Part shown: piece by piece, positions 62,781 through 64,000 of the stretch
How positions within the stretch are numbered: position 1 is the stretch's first letter
Layout: every line of letters begins with the position of its first letter
Assembly: GCA_947628005.1 (NCBI GenBank)
Contig: CANQYI010000001.1
Coordinates: 193,110 to 257,109, forward strand
Direction: 5' to 3'
Source: an uncultured Clostridia bacterium
GTDB lineage: Bacteria > Bacillota > Clostridia > TANB77 > CAG-465
Length of the DNA: 64,000 nucleotides
Program-made: the position numbers and the translations under genes
The notes under the pieces: generated by a model
The model's database searches: none
Seen by the model: the letters and a program-made list of their open reading frames with translations, nothing else
Told to the model about the DNA's origin: nothing

Positions 62781-63080
62781 TTACTTTTTTATTGGTAAGC
62801 CTTTACAAGTTTCAATAACAATTTCTTTTAATAATTCTTTATTATCTACATCATCAACTAAATACATAGGTTTAGCACTCTCATAAGGTATTTGTTCTTG
62901 CATATCATATTTTTTATTACTATTTACTATCTTCACAAGTAATCTGTTATCGTATATTCCACCAAATAACACACCATTATAATATAATAAATACTCTCCC
63001 ATCATTGCTTTACAAGTTATACTATCTAATAAATTTAGTTGTTCTAAAATAAATTTTTTATATTCGGTTGATGTTGCCAT
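62781..63080 (-). CDS. TfoX N-terminal domain protein
   Basis: MATSTEYKKFILEQLN…CKAMMGEYLLYYNGVLFGGIYDNRLLVK… is typical of TfoX_N. Start at the ATG at 63080 after a GGGAGG RBS. The ORF-track extension runs through the promoter module and is rejected. Confidence 0.65.
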   Translation of the reverse strand: MATSTEYKKFILEQLNLLDSITCKAMMGEYLLYYNGVLFGGIYDNRLLVKIVNSNKKYDMQEQIPYESAKPMYLVDDVDNKELLKEIVIETCKGLPIKK

Positions 63081-63116
63081 AATAAACCTCCCATAGAAAT
63101 TACCATTTGTTTGATA

Positions 63117-63180
63117 AAAGTATATCAAAAAAGCAAGTGATTGTAAATACATTCACTTACTTTAGTAAATTGCAATTTTA
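63117..63180 (-). promoter_or_regulatory. conserved promoter/operator module, copy 6 (upstream of the TfoX_N gene)
   Basis: As copy 1. Confidence 0.6.
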
Positions 63181-63476
63181 TAGTTATTTTTGATATTTTT
63201 GTGGTGCTATTCTAAGCTTATTTTAAATTTATTATATCATATATTAGAAAAAAAATAAAAGATATACCAAATTACTTATTTAAGTGCAACAAAAAAAGAT
63301 AGCATCTCTTATTTTAAGTCACTATCTTCTAATAGCAAGATTACTTAGATTTTTTTCAAGCCTTTTTTACAAGAATTCTTGAGTAACTTTTCAATATATA
63401 ATTATATATACTAAAGTTATATATTTTTGAAAAAACTTTATACATTTAAAAAGTTTTTTCATATTTTTGAAAAAAC

Positions 63477-63505
63477 TTGACTATAATATAAAAAAGGAGT
63501 ATAAT
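63477..63505 (+). promoter_or_regulatory. sigma-A promoter TTGACT-17-TATAAT, preceded by direct repeats CATATTTTTGAAAAAACTT (x2) and an 11-bp inverted repeat
   Basis: Seen directly. A GGAGG RBS lies at 63516-63520. Confidence 0.55.
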
Positions 63506-63526
63506 AAAAATAGTTGGAGGAGATTT

Positions 63527-64000
63527 TATGAAAAAAATAAAAAGGGAAAAGTATTTATCTATTTTAAGAAATTTCAAAAATCAACAAATTATAAAAGTAA
63601 TAACAGGAATTAGAAGATGTGGCAAATCCACTTTATTAGAGTTATTTCAAGACTATTTAAAAGAAGATGGAGTTGAAGAAAATCAAATTATATCAATAAA
63701 TTTTGAGGAAGCAGATTATGAAGAATTACAAGATAGAAAAAAATTATATGAATACTTAAAATCAAAGTTAGTAAAAGGTAAAAAAACATATATTTTTTTA
63801 GATGAAGTTCAAAAAGTTAGTGAATTTGAAAAAACAGTAGATAGTCTTTTTATTAATAAAGATGTTGATTTGTATATAACAGGTTCAAATGCTTACCTTT
63901 TATCATCAGAACTTGCAACATTACTTACTGGTAGATACATAGAAATTAAAATGTTGCCATTATCATTTAAAGAATATTTATCAGCATTTGAAGATAAAAC
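63527..64000 (+). CDS. AAA+ ATPase, COG1373 type (AAA_14 + DUF4143), second paralog, 3'-truncated by the window end
   Basis: MKKIKREKYLSILRNF…GIRRCGKST (Walker A) …IFLDEVQKV (Walker B). Same architecture as the 53704-54945 gene. Confidence 0.7.

Noticed and set aside
52512-63180. Considered whether the six repeats are a CRISPR array or integron attC sites
   Set aside because: Spacing is 0.6-5 kb and irregular, and the 'spacers' are full genes. No cas or intI gene and no GTTRRRY core. Each copy reads as a complete -35/-10 promoter aimed at a gene start, favouring a regulatory module.

Overview
This is a very AT-rich chromosomal segment from a low-GC Firmicute, with Clostridia-like gene content and protein sequences. 

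The first ~52 kb are core genome, mostly on the minus strand:
- cell-wall enzymes (D-Ala-D-Ala carboxypeptidase, LCP, CvpA, Alg14/Alg13-like glycosyltransferase pair);
- RarA, split transketolase, radical SAM protein, rnc, acpP, splB (spore photoproduct lyase);
- the translation/transcription cluster tuf-fusA-rpsG-rpsL and rpoC-rpoB, then prfA;
- a cell-division block (DivIVA-domain protein, sepF, M23 peptidase, ftsX, ftsE) ending with ruvA;
- transporters (MFS, heterodimeric ABC exporter);
- a ~1,170-aa wall-anchored repeat protein;
- a DUF362-like / ECF-S-like / DUF1893-like operon followed by flavodoxin and a cyclophilin-like protein.

Non-canonical items in the core part are a tandem triplication of small membrane-anchored protein genes between splB and tuf, and a two-gene insertion (XRE regulator plus transglutaminase-like membrane protein) between rpoC and rpsL.

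The last ~11.5 kb (about 52.5-64 kb) looks accessory. It holds an ISL3 transposase remnant, an IS200/IS605-type TnpB whose catalytic Glu and zinc-finger cysteines appear lost, two membrane-anchored XRE regulators, a CPBP protease, a TetR regulator, a GntR-ABC module, a TfoX_N protein and two COG1373-type AAA ATPases.

This region also contains six copies of a conserved ~60-70 bp promoter/operator-like module (TTTACA-17-TATACT with an AAGTGA-N12-TCACTT palindrome over the -35). Five of them sit directly upstream of minus-strand genes. This repeated module, together with the degenerate TnpB, is the most likely candidate for an undescribed regulatory system in the window.

No rRNA, tRNA or CRISPR array was recognised. 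The ORF track uses TTG/GTG starts and often over-extends N-termini, so several starts are corrected below.
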